Source: Lepidodermella squamata (lineage: Eukaryota > Animalia > Gastrotricha). From it: a DNA stretch of 64,000 nucleotides. The translations under genes were made by a program, and so were the position numbers. Below are positions 44,718 to 55,567 of the stretch, one piece after another (position 1 is the stretch's first letter; each line of letters begins with the position of its first letter). The notes below the pieces were generated by a model. That model ran no database searches. It was not told the DNA's origin and saw only the letters and a program-made list of their open reading frames with translations. The stretch lies in the NCBI GenBank assembly GCA_047495785.1, contig JBLDXI010000033.1:868001-932000 (forward strand), read 5' to 3'.

Positions 44718-45170
44718 TTATACGTTAGCACAAAGCAGAAGAAAGCGATCCAGTGAGAAATGTTGCTCAACCACTTCTTTAATTAGGCGGTAGCAGTGGT
44801 TGATTCGACGGCGCCTCCTGTAGGAATATATTGGGATGAGATGAGTGCGCTTGACGAATCGTTTTATCATCATAGATCGTAGCAGACAGCCATTCTTCTC
44901 GTGGTCTTCTGTGATGGCTTTGCAAGCATCGCTTAGTATACCCCGCGCATCGACTAGAAGCTGCTTTGTCGCTTTAGAAAGCTCTAGCTCGGTTTCAATC
45001 ACCTCGTTTTCAAGGCTGTTGTTGTTGTTGTTGTTTGAAGCTGCCGTGTTGTTCGAAGCGGCTGCCGGATCTAGCATGCCATCATCAACTGGTACGATGT
45101 TAGCCATACAAGTTGCTAACAAAACTTGCAAAAGTGCAACTACTTTTAAGTTATCGCGGGTGAAAATCAT
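44718..45170 (-). CDS. Secreted 4-Cys helical protein, family A (A4)
   Basis: Signal peptide, poly-Asn pro-region, core very similar to A3 with YSYRRRRR. Confidence 0.82.
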   Translation of the reverse strand: MIFTRDNLKVVALLQVLLATCMANIVPVDDGMLDPAAASNNTAASNNNNNNSLENEVIETELELSKATKQLLVDARGILSDACKAITEDHEKNGCLLRSMMIKRFVKRTHLIPIYSYRRRRRINHCYRLIKEVVEQHFSLDRFLLLCANV

Positions 45171-46149
45171 GTTTTCAATACAGATCTGAACAGAAACGGA
45201 GGCCTTTTAAGGCTACGAAAGCGCGAAAACAGAATACTTGTTGGGTTAAGAACTATTAATTGGTTTCTTCGCTGTTCAAGATCCGTATCCTAATTTCAAA
45301 AATCAAAATTGGGATAGGTCACAGACAATCGGATAATTTCACCGCGGTAACGCTGCACCCGTGATTTGATGTCGCATTATTGATTTGGTTGTTCACAGAC
45401 GAAGCACTTTTTCCGTGATCGTGGCACATGATCTGTCCTAAGTGTCATCCCAGATTCGGACTGACAGACGCCGTCTGGTCGACTGTAACCGAGCAAATTT
45501 GAAGATCCGTTGTACAGGCGAGGGTTTAATTTGGATATAAAAATAAATATATGCCCTATTTTTTAATTGGGTGACTTTCGGTTGTGACTTTTATTGTCTT
45601 ACCTGTCGTATTCATTAACAGATTGTCAGAGACGTGGAGCCATCCTGACAGCTTTTCAAGTTAATCAGCGTAAAAATTTCCACGCAACATTCTGGAATAG
45701 CACACACAAAAAATGAACCGTAGCGCTGGCTAATTCTGAACTAGGTTACTTTGAACACTTTCGGTAATTTTGCACTGCAAAAAATGTGGCTGCACGGAAC
45801 TGTACAATGTGATCACAGTTTAGCATATTTGATCGGAAAAATTATGGAATAGCGGACGAGCTATACGGTCGTGAACATATCTATTACAGAATAAACCAGA
45901 TTTCCACTGTTGAGACGGTTGAGTAAAAAATTAAATGTCTCAAAATTATTTTTATCGCAGATCTGAGCGTTATCATTGGCACTAAGCAACATATCAGCGC
46001 ACATAATCCAAAAAGCTTAGATAAGGCCATTATCAGTCACATTATTAGCTGATATTGCTGCCAAATGTTATCAATAGTAAAACACATTCCATACAAATGT
46101 ATTCACCCCTCACTTTGCTCTGCCAGTGTTTTATACGACTTGTTTAACA

Positions 46150-46890
46150 ATGGCCTATTCACGATCACGAAAATCTCAGCCAGTGATCGAACTAGTACCC
46201 AAAACATGGGCGCTAGTTTTCTCAGTGTTCACATTTGCTACTCTTTTCATTGCCTATGTTTCGCCATATTGGTACATGTCCTGGCCGCGAATTCATGCTC
46301 AATTTACGAGGATAGGCCTTCTTGAGGTGTGCTTCACCGGCTTCACTCACCCTGGCGACCTGGAGATGAAAGTCTACTACGGTTGTTGGTGGTTGATGTC
46401 GAGCGAGTTCAACCACTTGAGATTCCGTCTTTTCCCGCCATGGTTCGTGGCATGCCAGATTTTTGGTCACATTGCTTTTGCAACTAGCATATTGCAAGTT
46501 GCTATACACATATGGCAAGTCAGGAGACGGGACAATAAGCCTAAAGACATAAAAATCGCAAGGGCCGCTATCACTCTATCAGCTGTCACAGGTAATTATT
46601 TGAGGAAATCGAATAAAACCGTCCACTTTGAGTTTTTATTATTAGGAATTGTTCAGACGTTTTTAGTCCTCATTTTTGGAATAGCAGCGACAAAAGACTG
46701 GAACTGGATGCCGACAAATCAGTTCAGCTACCTAGGATGGGCCTATGCGTTTGGAGTTGTGGCGGCTGCAATGTCCTTCATCACGACGGCAATCGACTAT
46801 TTTCATATGCATGAGTTGCAGCACCTGGCTCCGTCTAAAATCTACGAGCAGAGTTCATCTGTCGCGAGTCCGTTTATTCGAAAAATCTAG
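46150..46890 (+). CDS. Invertebrate claudin-like tetraspan protein (PMP22/claudin superfamily; pickel/megatrachea-like)
   Basis: SPYW..GLLEVC..GCWW..PPWF, 4 TM, GWAY in TM4; in-frame 54-bp intron 46592-46645; ATG 46150. Confidence 0.85.
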   Translation: MAYSRSRKSQPVIELVPKTWALVFSVFTFATLFIAYVSPYWYMSWPRIHAQFTRIGLLEVCFTGFTHPGDLEMKVYYGCWWLMSSEFNHLRFRLFPPWFVACQIFGHIAFATSILQVAIHIWQVRRRDNKPKDIKIARAAITLSAVTGNYLRKSNKTVHFEFLLLGIVQTFLVLIFGIAATKDWNWMPTNQFSYLGWAYAFGVVAAAMSFITTAIDYFHMHELQHLAPSKIYEQSSSVASPFIRKI

Positions 46891-47072
46891 GTGTCGCATT
46901 TCGAACACTTTTGCCATCGCTTTGTCCAATTTTATTACATCGAAAACAAGATTTCAGCAAATAAATCAAGTTTATATATAAGTATAATAGTAGTTGAAAT
47001 CTGGACGTATATATTTTCCTGTATTTTATTTTAACATTTTCAAAAGCAATAATTGTGTTCAAGTTGAAATAC

Positions 47073-49418
47073 CTATTGCTCATATGCTAGGATTTTAATT
47101 ATCGGATTTCGTTTCTTGGTAATGGCATAAGCTACACCAATGAAAGGGCTTTTAGTTGTAGGCAATCGCGAAGTCTCATCTTCTCTTCTAAATGAGAGGA
47201 CGAGGCACGCCATCGAGCAGGATTGCGTCAGCAAGCCGATAGAAATAGCGATTTCTGATCCACTAGACGAATTGCTGCTCAAGATGTAAGAGATCACGGT
47301 AGTCGCCAGGAACAAAGTGACCGTCACCACGATTATAACCAGCCAGCGTTTACTACATTGTAATTGAGCCAAGCCGGGGTGAGATTTTATTTTAAAAGCA
47401 ATAGCAGCGGCGAATAGAAGAGCCGCGAGGTTTGTTGAAATCAGAACGGGAACCCAGTAGTGTGAGAAATGCGCCCCGCAGGAGACAGTAGTGAAAGTCA
47501 CAACGGTATCGGTGCTTTCAATGTATTCTTTGTGAGAGAGAACTCGAAATACTGCCTGCATCGGGTCTGATGCCAGCGATGCCGCAACTAAAATTATATT
47601 AAGAAGTATAAACACTCCAGCAGCGAAAATTATCCGCCGTTGATCCAATTTAGGAACGATAATGCTAACAGCTTTTCTCGATCTCGCTGGTGAACTATTA
47701 GGTGAAACTCTCAACTGCCGAGATGTCGCATGCAAGCGAGCTGATAGAAGTCCGAATAGAGATGAAACTCCGATGTAAAGAAGACAAAAGGCGACATTAC
47801 ATGACTCGCTACTTCTGAATTTCGGGGGCGTGACCACGGCGATAGAAGCCGCATTCAAAGTAATCAAGCTGACCGTCAAAGCCGAATTCCAAACTACTTC
47901 GTGCTTCTCGTAGAACTGTTTTGCCGCAAGGATTACTTGGGCTATAGAAATAATGACTGATAAGGTTATTATAATTATGAAAAATGTCTCCGTAACACCT
48001 GCTGACCGAATTTCGAAGACTGAAGAGTCTTTCGGAAAAAGTGTGGCTGGCAGAGCTTCGATGGATGCGGTCGAATAAGAGTTCAAATCGGAGATATCAG
48101 ACGCATTTTGGCTAAGTATTATTTCATATAAAATAACCAAGCCACGGCCTTCCGCCCATCTAGTAACTAGCTGCGGTTCAGAATCCCACTCCCCGCGTTC
48201 AGAGTAGCTGAAATCTCCGAATCTCAGACTACGATACTTTATTTGCATAGCAGTTTCGTTCGTGATTAGCATGACTTCTCGTGGGTACTTCTGATAATCT
48301 CGAAGGGTCATATTGTACTCCGCCAATTTGCGCTCTGTCCTATCCAGGAGAATCACTGCATGAACAGCTCTATCATAGCAGAGGTGCCTAAGCCCATCGC
48401 CACCGTTAGTTGTGAAGTTGGTCCGAATGCGCCAGAGTTGCTCAAATTCGTCAAATGTTAGCCCCAATTCGCTCTTACCAGCCGGTGGGGTAAGGGCCGG
48501 AAAAGATGTGCCTATGAAAAGCGAGTGATCGAGCTGCTCAAGAAGGATTCTGCTCGAACACCCCTCAGGAAAGAGATCCTTCGAAAAAGTTGTTGGATCC
48601 GGGAAAGAGAACAGCTGAAAGAAAAACATATACCGCTCGCCTCGGATATCGTTTAGATAAGCGCGACAAAGAAAAAGAACTACTGACACTGGCTCGACCA
48701 CTTCGAAGTTGAACACGCGTATATTCCTCTCGCGGAGATATTGCATGAACTGGTCGTTGAAATCCGTGCTAGCGTCGTAGACAGCAACATCAAGCCCTGC
48801 CGCGGTCGCTGCTCGATACACAAAGCTTGAGCTCTCGAGGCCGTATGTGTTGAGATTCATGTGGGTAATGACAGCAATTCTTCGAATTTTCGTTGTCTTG
48901 GTAATGAAACTTATTCGGCTGAGTAGGGCAATCTCGCCAGCAGATCGCACTCTATACATGTTAGGATAGAGATTTCGCCTGGCTGACTGTGATGGGGCTG
49001 TGCAAGACCCGGCGATGGAAACGAGGTTAAGATGACCGACAGTTGCTCCCATCGCTTTGCATCCAGTATTGAAGAAGCCACTGAGTATGACTGGAGAGAC
49101 GGATACATTTTGTCGCTGAGCGTCATTATGCTCCCACATGTAGCGTACAGTTTTCTGAGTAGTCTGAGAGCTAACAGGACCTTCGTCAAGGTAATCCATT
49201 TCAACCTTGTAATCTGGAAGTATATCCTCGCGGCTATTCACGATATCAAGAACAATGTCATGCGCGATTTTGCACCGATCGAACTGATACCCTGGATTAC
49301 CAGTAAATGGCAGTTGGGCCAAAACCTTTAGCTGCTGCGTTTTCTTCAAACAAACGATTTGCCCGAAGGAAACCACAACGATGAATGCTGTGTAGCTAAA
49401 AATGAGGTCAAATATCAT
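47073..49418 (-). CDS. Divergent class C GPCR, GABA-B-like, GPCR7
   Basis: First ATG 49418; VNSREDILPDY, DEGP, YPNMYR, YSERGE, 7TM, tail of about 40 aa. Confidence 0.85.
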   Translation of the reverse strand: MIFDLIFSYTAFIVVVSFGQIVCLKKTQQLKVLAQLPFTGNPGYQFDRCKIAHDIVLDIVNSREDILPDYKVEMDYLDEGPVSSQTTQKTVRYMWEHNDAQRQNVSVSPVILSGFFNTGCKAMGATVGHLNLVSIAGSCTAPSQSARRNLYPNMYRVRSAGEIALLSRISFITKTTKIRRIAVITHMNLNTYGLESSSFVYRAATAAGLDVAVYDASTDFNDQFMQYLRERNIRVFNFEVVEPVSVVLFLCRAYLNDIRGERYMFFFQLFSFPDPTTFSKDLFPEGCSSRILLEQLDHSLFIGTSFPALTPPAGKSELGLTFDEFEQLWRIRTNFTTNGGDGLRHLCYDRAVHAVILLDRTERKLAEYNMTLRDYQKYPREVMLITNETAMQIKYRSLRFGDFSYSERGEWDSEPQLVTRWAEGRGLVILYEIILSQNASDISDLNSYSTASIEALPATLFPKDSSVFEIRSAGVTETFFIIIITLSVIISIAQVILAAKQFYEKHEVVWNSALTVSLITLNAASIAVVTPPKFRSSESCNVAFCLLYIGVSSLFGLLSARLHATSRQLRVSPNSSPARSRKAVSIIVPKLDQRRIIFAAGVFILLNIILVAASLASDPMQAVFRVLSHKEYIESTDTVVTFTTVSCGAHFSHYWVPVLISTNLAALLFAAAIAFKIKSHPGLAQLQCSKRWLVIIVVTVTLFLATTVISYILSSNSSSGSEIAISIGLLTQSCSMACLVLSFRREDETSRLPTTKSPFIGVAYAITKKRNPIIKILAYEQ

Positions 49419-49937
49419 GACTATAATCTGGATGTTCTGATTCTTCAAATCGCGAATTCTCTTGTAGTTTTATACTAATCAAATGTGTGTGGTCATATTT
49501 AATGAATCACACCCCTGCATAATCGTAGGCAGTCGGCAGTCTCACGGCGTAAACTTCACTTTATTACCAGTATTGCTTACACAAACCATAAACAACACCG
49601 GACTGAATGGCCAGCAAATGACCTCGAAATATGCAGTAATGACGCGGAGGCTGGAAGATATGTCCTGTTAAATGTAGACGTAGCTAATTAAAATCAGCTT
49701 CTCGAAAGTTGGATTTCCAACAGGAATGCTGCGGATGGTTGAAAGAGCAATAAGAATACGGCGTGCCAACATTTCTTATAAGTGTACTGAAAAAATCACC
49801 TGGCTGGAGCGTTCCAAGTTATGAGATAGAGTTTTCGGCCAGCTTCATTTTATTACAACAACTCATCAATAAAACACGACGATAGCTAAGATAGTGATTA
49901 TCGGATATTATATATTTGAGATAATGGATGCGGATTT

Positions 49938-50932
49938 CTAAGATTTAGTTTCTACCTCTTTTGACGTCTCGTTCTTCGTTGTTTTGTCTTTGCTTCGAGG
50001 TTCTCTCCGGGAAGTTTTCTTCTCTTTCAAGGCAACTGGCTCAGATTCCTTAATTGAAGGCTCGTGATATAGCGATTGCTGCGATTTTCCCAGCATTATT
50101 GAGGCGGTGTCTGAATTCTTCTTGATTACATGCTGTAATAAAAGCTTAGAATGACTAGAAATTTTGATATTTTGAAATTTACCTTCAGATCCTCCAAATT
50201 TTTAAACTTGCGAAAATGCAGACCTTTGGCGTGAAGTTTCTGTTAAAGCAATCCAATTTAGCTTAGATTGGGCAATTTATGATGTAGCTACCTCATAGGA
50301 TTCGTTATATTCATCGACAGTTGCCCAAGGCCTTGCGGCTTTTATCCGGTTCTCAAGGAACGAGTTTTCCTTGCTAATCTTCTTTTGGAAAATGTAACGA
50401 CCGAATTCATACCGCTTCTTGATCGATTTTTCAACATATTCCGAGAAAGCGTCTCGTTTTACATCCAAATCAGTCGAGGCTTTTTTAACGCGTTCGTAAA
50501 TTTCTTCATTTCTCTGCTCCAGCTGGCGTTTTTGGAATTGAGATTGTGCCTTTTTAATGCGCCGCCTGAATTTCATGTATCTCTGGTGAACATCGGTCAT
50601 TCCATCGTTATCGATATGCTGCTTCACTATTAGTGAATATCGATTAAAGACAAAATAATTATTAGGAAGATTTTCTTACTTTCTCCGATTCTTTTGCGGT
50701 GTTTAAGCCAATAGTTGTAGTCTGAGTTCAAGTCAGTGTTCCAGAAACCCCCATCGCAAACTTTATAGCGGCCACTGACGTAGTAGTAGTTGATGGGAGG
50801 AAGCGGTTTAAGCTCTTGCACAGCCTCCCTGCCAGATTTGTTTGACCGAGGCGTTGTCTCAGGAGCATGCTCGCTATCACCTCTATTCTCCTTATTCGCC
50901 TTAATCGGTGGTAAAACAGACTTGTCTTTCAT
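49938..50932 (-). CDS. CFAP97-domain (KIAA1430/Hemingway)-like ciliary/flagellar protein, paralog 1 (4 exons)
   Basis: FWNTDLNSDYNYWLKHRKRI..HIDN..KISKENSFLENRIK fits the HxxRV..[IV]D..ENxx(L)xxRI pattern. Manual splicing stays in frame to TAG at 49938. Confidence 0.62.
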
Positions 50933-51060
50933 TACAAATTTACGATTATTACAGGTGCAAATATTATTTTAGCAGCCCTGTCTGGTGTGTTGAAAAAACA
51001 GCGAAATACCTACGGCTGATGAGTAGTAGTTTTTTGTGAGCGCGCCCTATGACAAGCTTC

Positions 51061-51073
51061 ATTGCCTAGCAAC
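51061..51073. promoter_or_regulatory. RFX X-box-like motif
   Basis: ATTGCCTAGCAAC about 130 bp upstream of CFAP97D-like paralog 1. Confidence 0.5.
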
Positions 51074-51300
51074 TCGATATTCCTCGGATGGTGCGCTCAA
51101 TGAGCCGCGTCGTACCGATTACTAAATGCGCCCTATTCACTTGGAAATGCATAAGCCTTCACGAACTGCGATGGGAGGCGTTTCTGTCACGGAGCAGAGG
51201 ACTGCTTTGTTATTCCTGAGTGATTTTTCTCCAATCGATCGACTTTATTTTAACCTCATTTTGACATTGACTTAATGTGAATATAAAACAATAAAACTGG

Positions 51301-52176
51301 CTAGTTTTCCGTGTCCTGGGCGGCATTCCCTTCCGACTTTCGCTCGGAAATGGGCGGAAGTCTGAGCGGGCGTCTGATTACTACCGGTGGCGTGTCAGTG
51401 CGAAGCTCTTTTTGCACAGCTATAGGTGTCTGAAAAAATCGAAAAACATCATCGAGAATGAAATGAGAGGAAAATGCTAACCACAAGTTGAGGTCTGACA
51501 ATTCGAGCTATCTTTAACGCGTGCTTCCGTGCTTTCTGGTAATCGTCGTCCATTGCCTTGCTGTCGCAGTAGCCGCGGACGGTGGTGTACCTTTCCTTTA
51601 AAGCTTTGTTTATGCTCCTTCGCCGTTCATCTCGCATCCGGTTCTAAAATTAATTTCTTAATAACTGTTCGAGTGAAAAGTTCTATTACAATTTGCTGCC
51701 GATACCGCTTGTCATTCTCGATTTTCTCCATGAAAATGCTTGGCAACTTGCTGTCGATTGCTGGTCTTGACTCTGTGAAAGAGAGTTCGATAAGTAGGAC
51801 ATGAAAGTTCTTTATAAGGGGAGTTACTTTTTTCAACAGCTTTCCTATGCCTGATCCAGTTTCTCAGGTCTGTGTTTTGTTTTGAGTCCCAAAACGATTC
51901 TGAAGTGAGCTAAGAGAAATAAATTTGTCAGAAAATGTTTGGCAGTAAACGTATGCATTTCGCTAAAACCTTTTTATGATGGGTAATTGCAAGGTTAAAG
52001 TAGACGGGCTCGCAGAATTTCATTCGCTGTAATTCGGGTACCAACAGTTGCCGACCGGATTCTGGTTGGTGTTTAAAGCGGACTTCTTTCTGCTGATGCT
52101 CGATTTCTGATCGATGGCTCTTAGTTCTAACCGTTTCCTTGATACTGTTCTGCGGAGAGTAATTCGCACCCGCCAT
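51301..52176 (-). CDS. CFAP97-domain-like protein, paralog 2 (5 exons)
   Basis: Spliced EPVYF..FWDSKQNTDLRNWIRHRKAV..RPAIDSKLP..DDDYQ; GT-AG introns of about 45-60 bp. Alternative upstream ATG at 52233. Confidence 0.6.
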
Positions 52177-52324
52177 AATGTCTTGCTTAAGAGCTTGAAA
52201 TTTTCTACTATGAGTTAAAGAACATTTTCTCATGAATTGCTATACCCAAGAGAATGACCTTTCATGCCTTCCTTTATGGGACACTTGAATAAAAAGCAAA
52301 AAGGCGAATAGCAAAATCAGCGTC

Positions 52325-52337
52325 AATACCAGGCAAC
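52325..52337. promoter_or_regulatory. RFX X-box-like motif
   Basis: AATACCAGGCAAC (reverse GTTGCCTGGTATT) upstream of paralog 2. Confidence 0.4.
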
Positions 52338-52739
52338 GTAGCAAAAAAACTTCCCTTGATAGCATCCATCAATGTTTATTTTTCACTTAGGAAAATGTGA
52401 ACCTTTTGACAAGGCGTGATAAGCCATTTTACCGGTGGTATAATTTTTAGAAGTCACACACAGAATAACGATCGAAAATCGCGATGAAACCGGAAATTTC
52501 AAGAATTATATAAAATTATAAGTTTTCATTTTAATGCTCAAAGTGAGGTGTGGCGTATTGCAGGCCTGAATGCGTAGATGTCAGGCGAAATTATTAGAAA
52601 AATGATTCTTCCCTCTGGACGTTAGCTTGAGTTTCGGAAGTTTCGTTGTGTTTTTGCAATTCGGCGTCCGAATCCTTATTAGATTCTGCTTGTTGAGTCT
52701 CGACATCTTTCGGCAAAGATACAGTGTCTTCCGCTGTTA

Positions 52740-54961
52740 CTATTTCTTGTTACTTGCTGGACGAGGATCGATCGTCTTCTCTTCAGGGAAATTCGGCTCT
52801 TCAGGTAACTGGGGCTCTTCGGGTGATTGGGTCGCAACACGGGTCGGTTCTTTGGGGATTTCGTTCTGTGACTTGATCGTATCACTATCAGCTTCCTTAG
52901 CCTCCTGTTTGGCTGATTCATTATCTTTACTGTGACCCGATACAGATGGAGGAGGCTTTTCGCCTTCGCGAGGAACTTCCGTACCATCATTAAGACCATC
53001 GGCCTCTGTTACCAAATTGTTCGTAGCACCGGGAGATTCAGCGACAGGATTTCCCTCGACAGGCCGTGGCGACACTGATTGTCTCGAGACATTATTTTCC
53101 AGTTGAACAGCGTCTTCATGATGATCAGCATCTATTAAAGCACCAACGGGTTCCGATTCTTTATTGCTACGCCTACTGTCTATCCGAGACTCAATCGGAG
53201 AGTTAACCCTCTTTGATGGGGTATTCCTACTCTCGATTTTCGACGTTTGTTCAGAGGGAGAAGGTGACTTCGGCTTTGAGGTAACAGACGCTGCACGGGG
53301 CTTGCTTTGGGCTGATACAGTTTTTGCACGAGAGATAGATGGGGAATTTGATTTAATAGCTGGGGATGATGGCTTCGTAACTTCTAGAGCTTGAGTTTCA
53401 GTTGGAGTAGTCCTCGTCGTTTTCTTGAGAATCCCTTCGGCTTGAGATGTTTGTGAGGTGAACGTGATATTTTCCTGCTGAGGCAACGCCTCTTCGTCAG
53501 CGACCAGAGCAGCATCAGGTTTAGGACTTTCGACATCATCATCTAGCGGTATAGCAAAGTCAGATATCTGGGGCACAGGGGTTCGGCGGTAGGATTGTCT
53601 CGGCAGGGCAACATCGTCGCCATCTTCCTCAGCTTCAGGCGGCGTGGGAGGACCAACTTGGGACTCGGGAAAGTGCACCTTCATGCCAGTATGAGTTCGC
53701 CGCTCGTTTTCGTCTACGAGAGAAGATTTTTTGCGCGCAGACGATGAACTTGAGTTGCGTCGCAGCGTGGAGAAAGGTTTCATATAGCCGTAAACGTCAT
53801 TCATTGTTTCATCAGGATGCTTTTTCGGAAGAGCGGGTGACGTAGGCTGAGAGCTGAAATTATTCTGATCAAATTGAATCTCCGTCGTGAAGTCTTCATT
53901 CGGATCCGCCTGCTCTTCCCGCGGATCTTTGATCGGATCACTATGCACAGTTTTGCTTGAAGCGACCAGAGTTGATTTCTTAGAGAAAAGAGCAGTCTTT
54001 TTCGGTTTTGGTAGCGGTCTCGCATTGCTCGGTGGTTTCACTTTCGGCTGTTGATTTCTTGCCATGGGAACTGTGTGGTTTTTATTCATTTTCGCTACGT
54101 TCACCTTCTCATCAGGAGCGACGTAAGACTTCGACACGTCCTCATTAGACGTAAAATTGCTGTAAATTCTAGGCTGACTCGCTAAAGTTGGAGGACGGCT
54201 TATCTTTTGAAAGACTGTAGTGGAACTCTATAATACATTGGTTCAAAAAAATACCAATTGATTTACTATGTAACTTACGATCGAAGGTGGTCGGATGACC
54301 TTTGAAAGGTGTTGCGACACTGCAGCATGAGCTTGATAGTCGGCCTCCCATTTCTTCACGCTGTAACTGCCTCTGATTTTCGCGATTCGATTTCGCATTC
54401 GCTCATTTTCACTTGACAAATACTGATTCAACCGCTTCATTTTGAACTGCTTGATTTGACCGTTCTTAGCCACTTTATCGACATGAACTGTCGGAAGGTT
54501 GTTATCTATTGCCTTCTTGGTGGCTGAAAGAAATAAAAATTAGAACAATTTAAGTAGTTTTTTTCAGAATTACCGAAACCGACAATTCTTCTGTGTTCAA
54601 CCCAATGCCGGAAGTCGCTGTTTTGCCGTTCTTCCCAATACAAGTGTTCAGGAATCTTGCGACCCTGGCTTATGTGGAAATACATAGGTTCTGGCATACC
54701 AAATGATTGTCGGATTTTTGTGCTGTCTGTTGTAGCGCTGAAATCTGAGTTTTTATTCTTTAGCGCCATCGAAAGAAGCGGCCTACGACCGTTATTGATG
54801 AAAGGATCTCTACTTCTGGTCACAGTCGATTGGCTTGTAATGTTTGTTTTAATGAAGTCCTTTCTACCCAGCCAAGATGCGTGTGCTCTATCACCGCTGC
54901 TACGGGTAACATCATTATCGGCCAGCTTAGGTCGATAGCCCGCGTTAAAATATTGAGGCAT
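52740..54961 (-). CDS. CFAP97-domain-like protein, paralog 3, with long disordered Pro/Ser/Glu-rich C-terminus (3 exons)
   Basis: YWEERQNSDFRHWVEHRRIV | KAIDNNLP..ENERMRNRIAKIRGSYSVKKWEADY | splices in frame into the 465-aa low-complexity ORF. Confidence 0.68.
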
Positions 54962-55102
54962 TGTTTGCTAAGCTTCTCGTACCAACGACGATCACATTGC
55001 ACCGAGCAGCGGCAGGCGTAAAAATTCGATCGAAGTTTTAACGCCGCAACGTGGATCTTCGCCTCTGAATACGAGACACGCAAGCTTAGTCATTCGAGCG
55101 CT

Positions 55103-55115
55103 GTTGCCTGGCAGC
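55103..55115. promoter_or_regulatory. RFX X-box-like motif
   Basis: GTTGCCTGGCAGC about 140 bp upstream of paralog 3. Confidence 0.5.
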
Positions 55116-55567
55116 AGACCGCGATTGCTTTTGAGCAAACATCAATGATGCGTTTTTTGCGAACGCAATAAATAGGAAGTGCCTCGCGCGAGTTATCTGA
55201 TTTTTAATGCTATAATATGTCAAGGCTAAAATACTAAGAATTAGAAAGCGCATGCGCTTTTTTCGGCACGACTCAGGACGGAAATGGGAAATCAATGTAT
55301 ATACATATATAAAGTTGGCCTAATAACTCGCTGTGGGGATTATCGCTGATTGAAATCTACAACATCGTCGCTGTGGAGACGTTTCCTCGTAGCCAAGGCT
55401 ATGTCCAGCTAAGTATAATATTATTTATCACGAGTAATAGGAATGTATTGATACTTAACGAACTCACTAGAAGAAAAATGGTGATGTAAGGTGTTTGACC
55501 AGCTGTCGTAATATTAATTGAAATAACAAGATGCGATATGAAAGATAACAAATTCTCAGATTTTGAA

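Noticed and set aside
29870-45170. Assigning family A to saposin-like or insulin-like peptides
   Set aside because: Only four core Cys, with no CxxC or CC motifs; only a structure search could support a remote link.
45521-45540. GGTTTAATT resembling the start of nematode SL1
   Set aside because: The match stops after 9 nt, with no following donor or Sm-site structure.
8013-49418. Calling the receptors GABBR1/GABBR2 orthologs
   Set aside because: The architecture is GABA-B-like, but the ligand motif and coiled-coil tail are absent and the sequences are highly diverged.
52627-52999. ORFs 52679-52999 and 52627-52935
   Set aside because: Alternative-frame and antisense shadows of the low-complexity tail of CFAP97D-like paralog 3.
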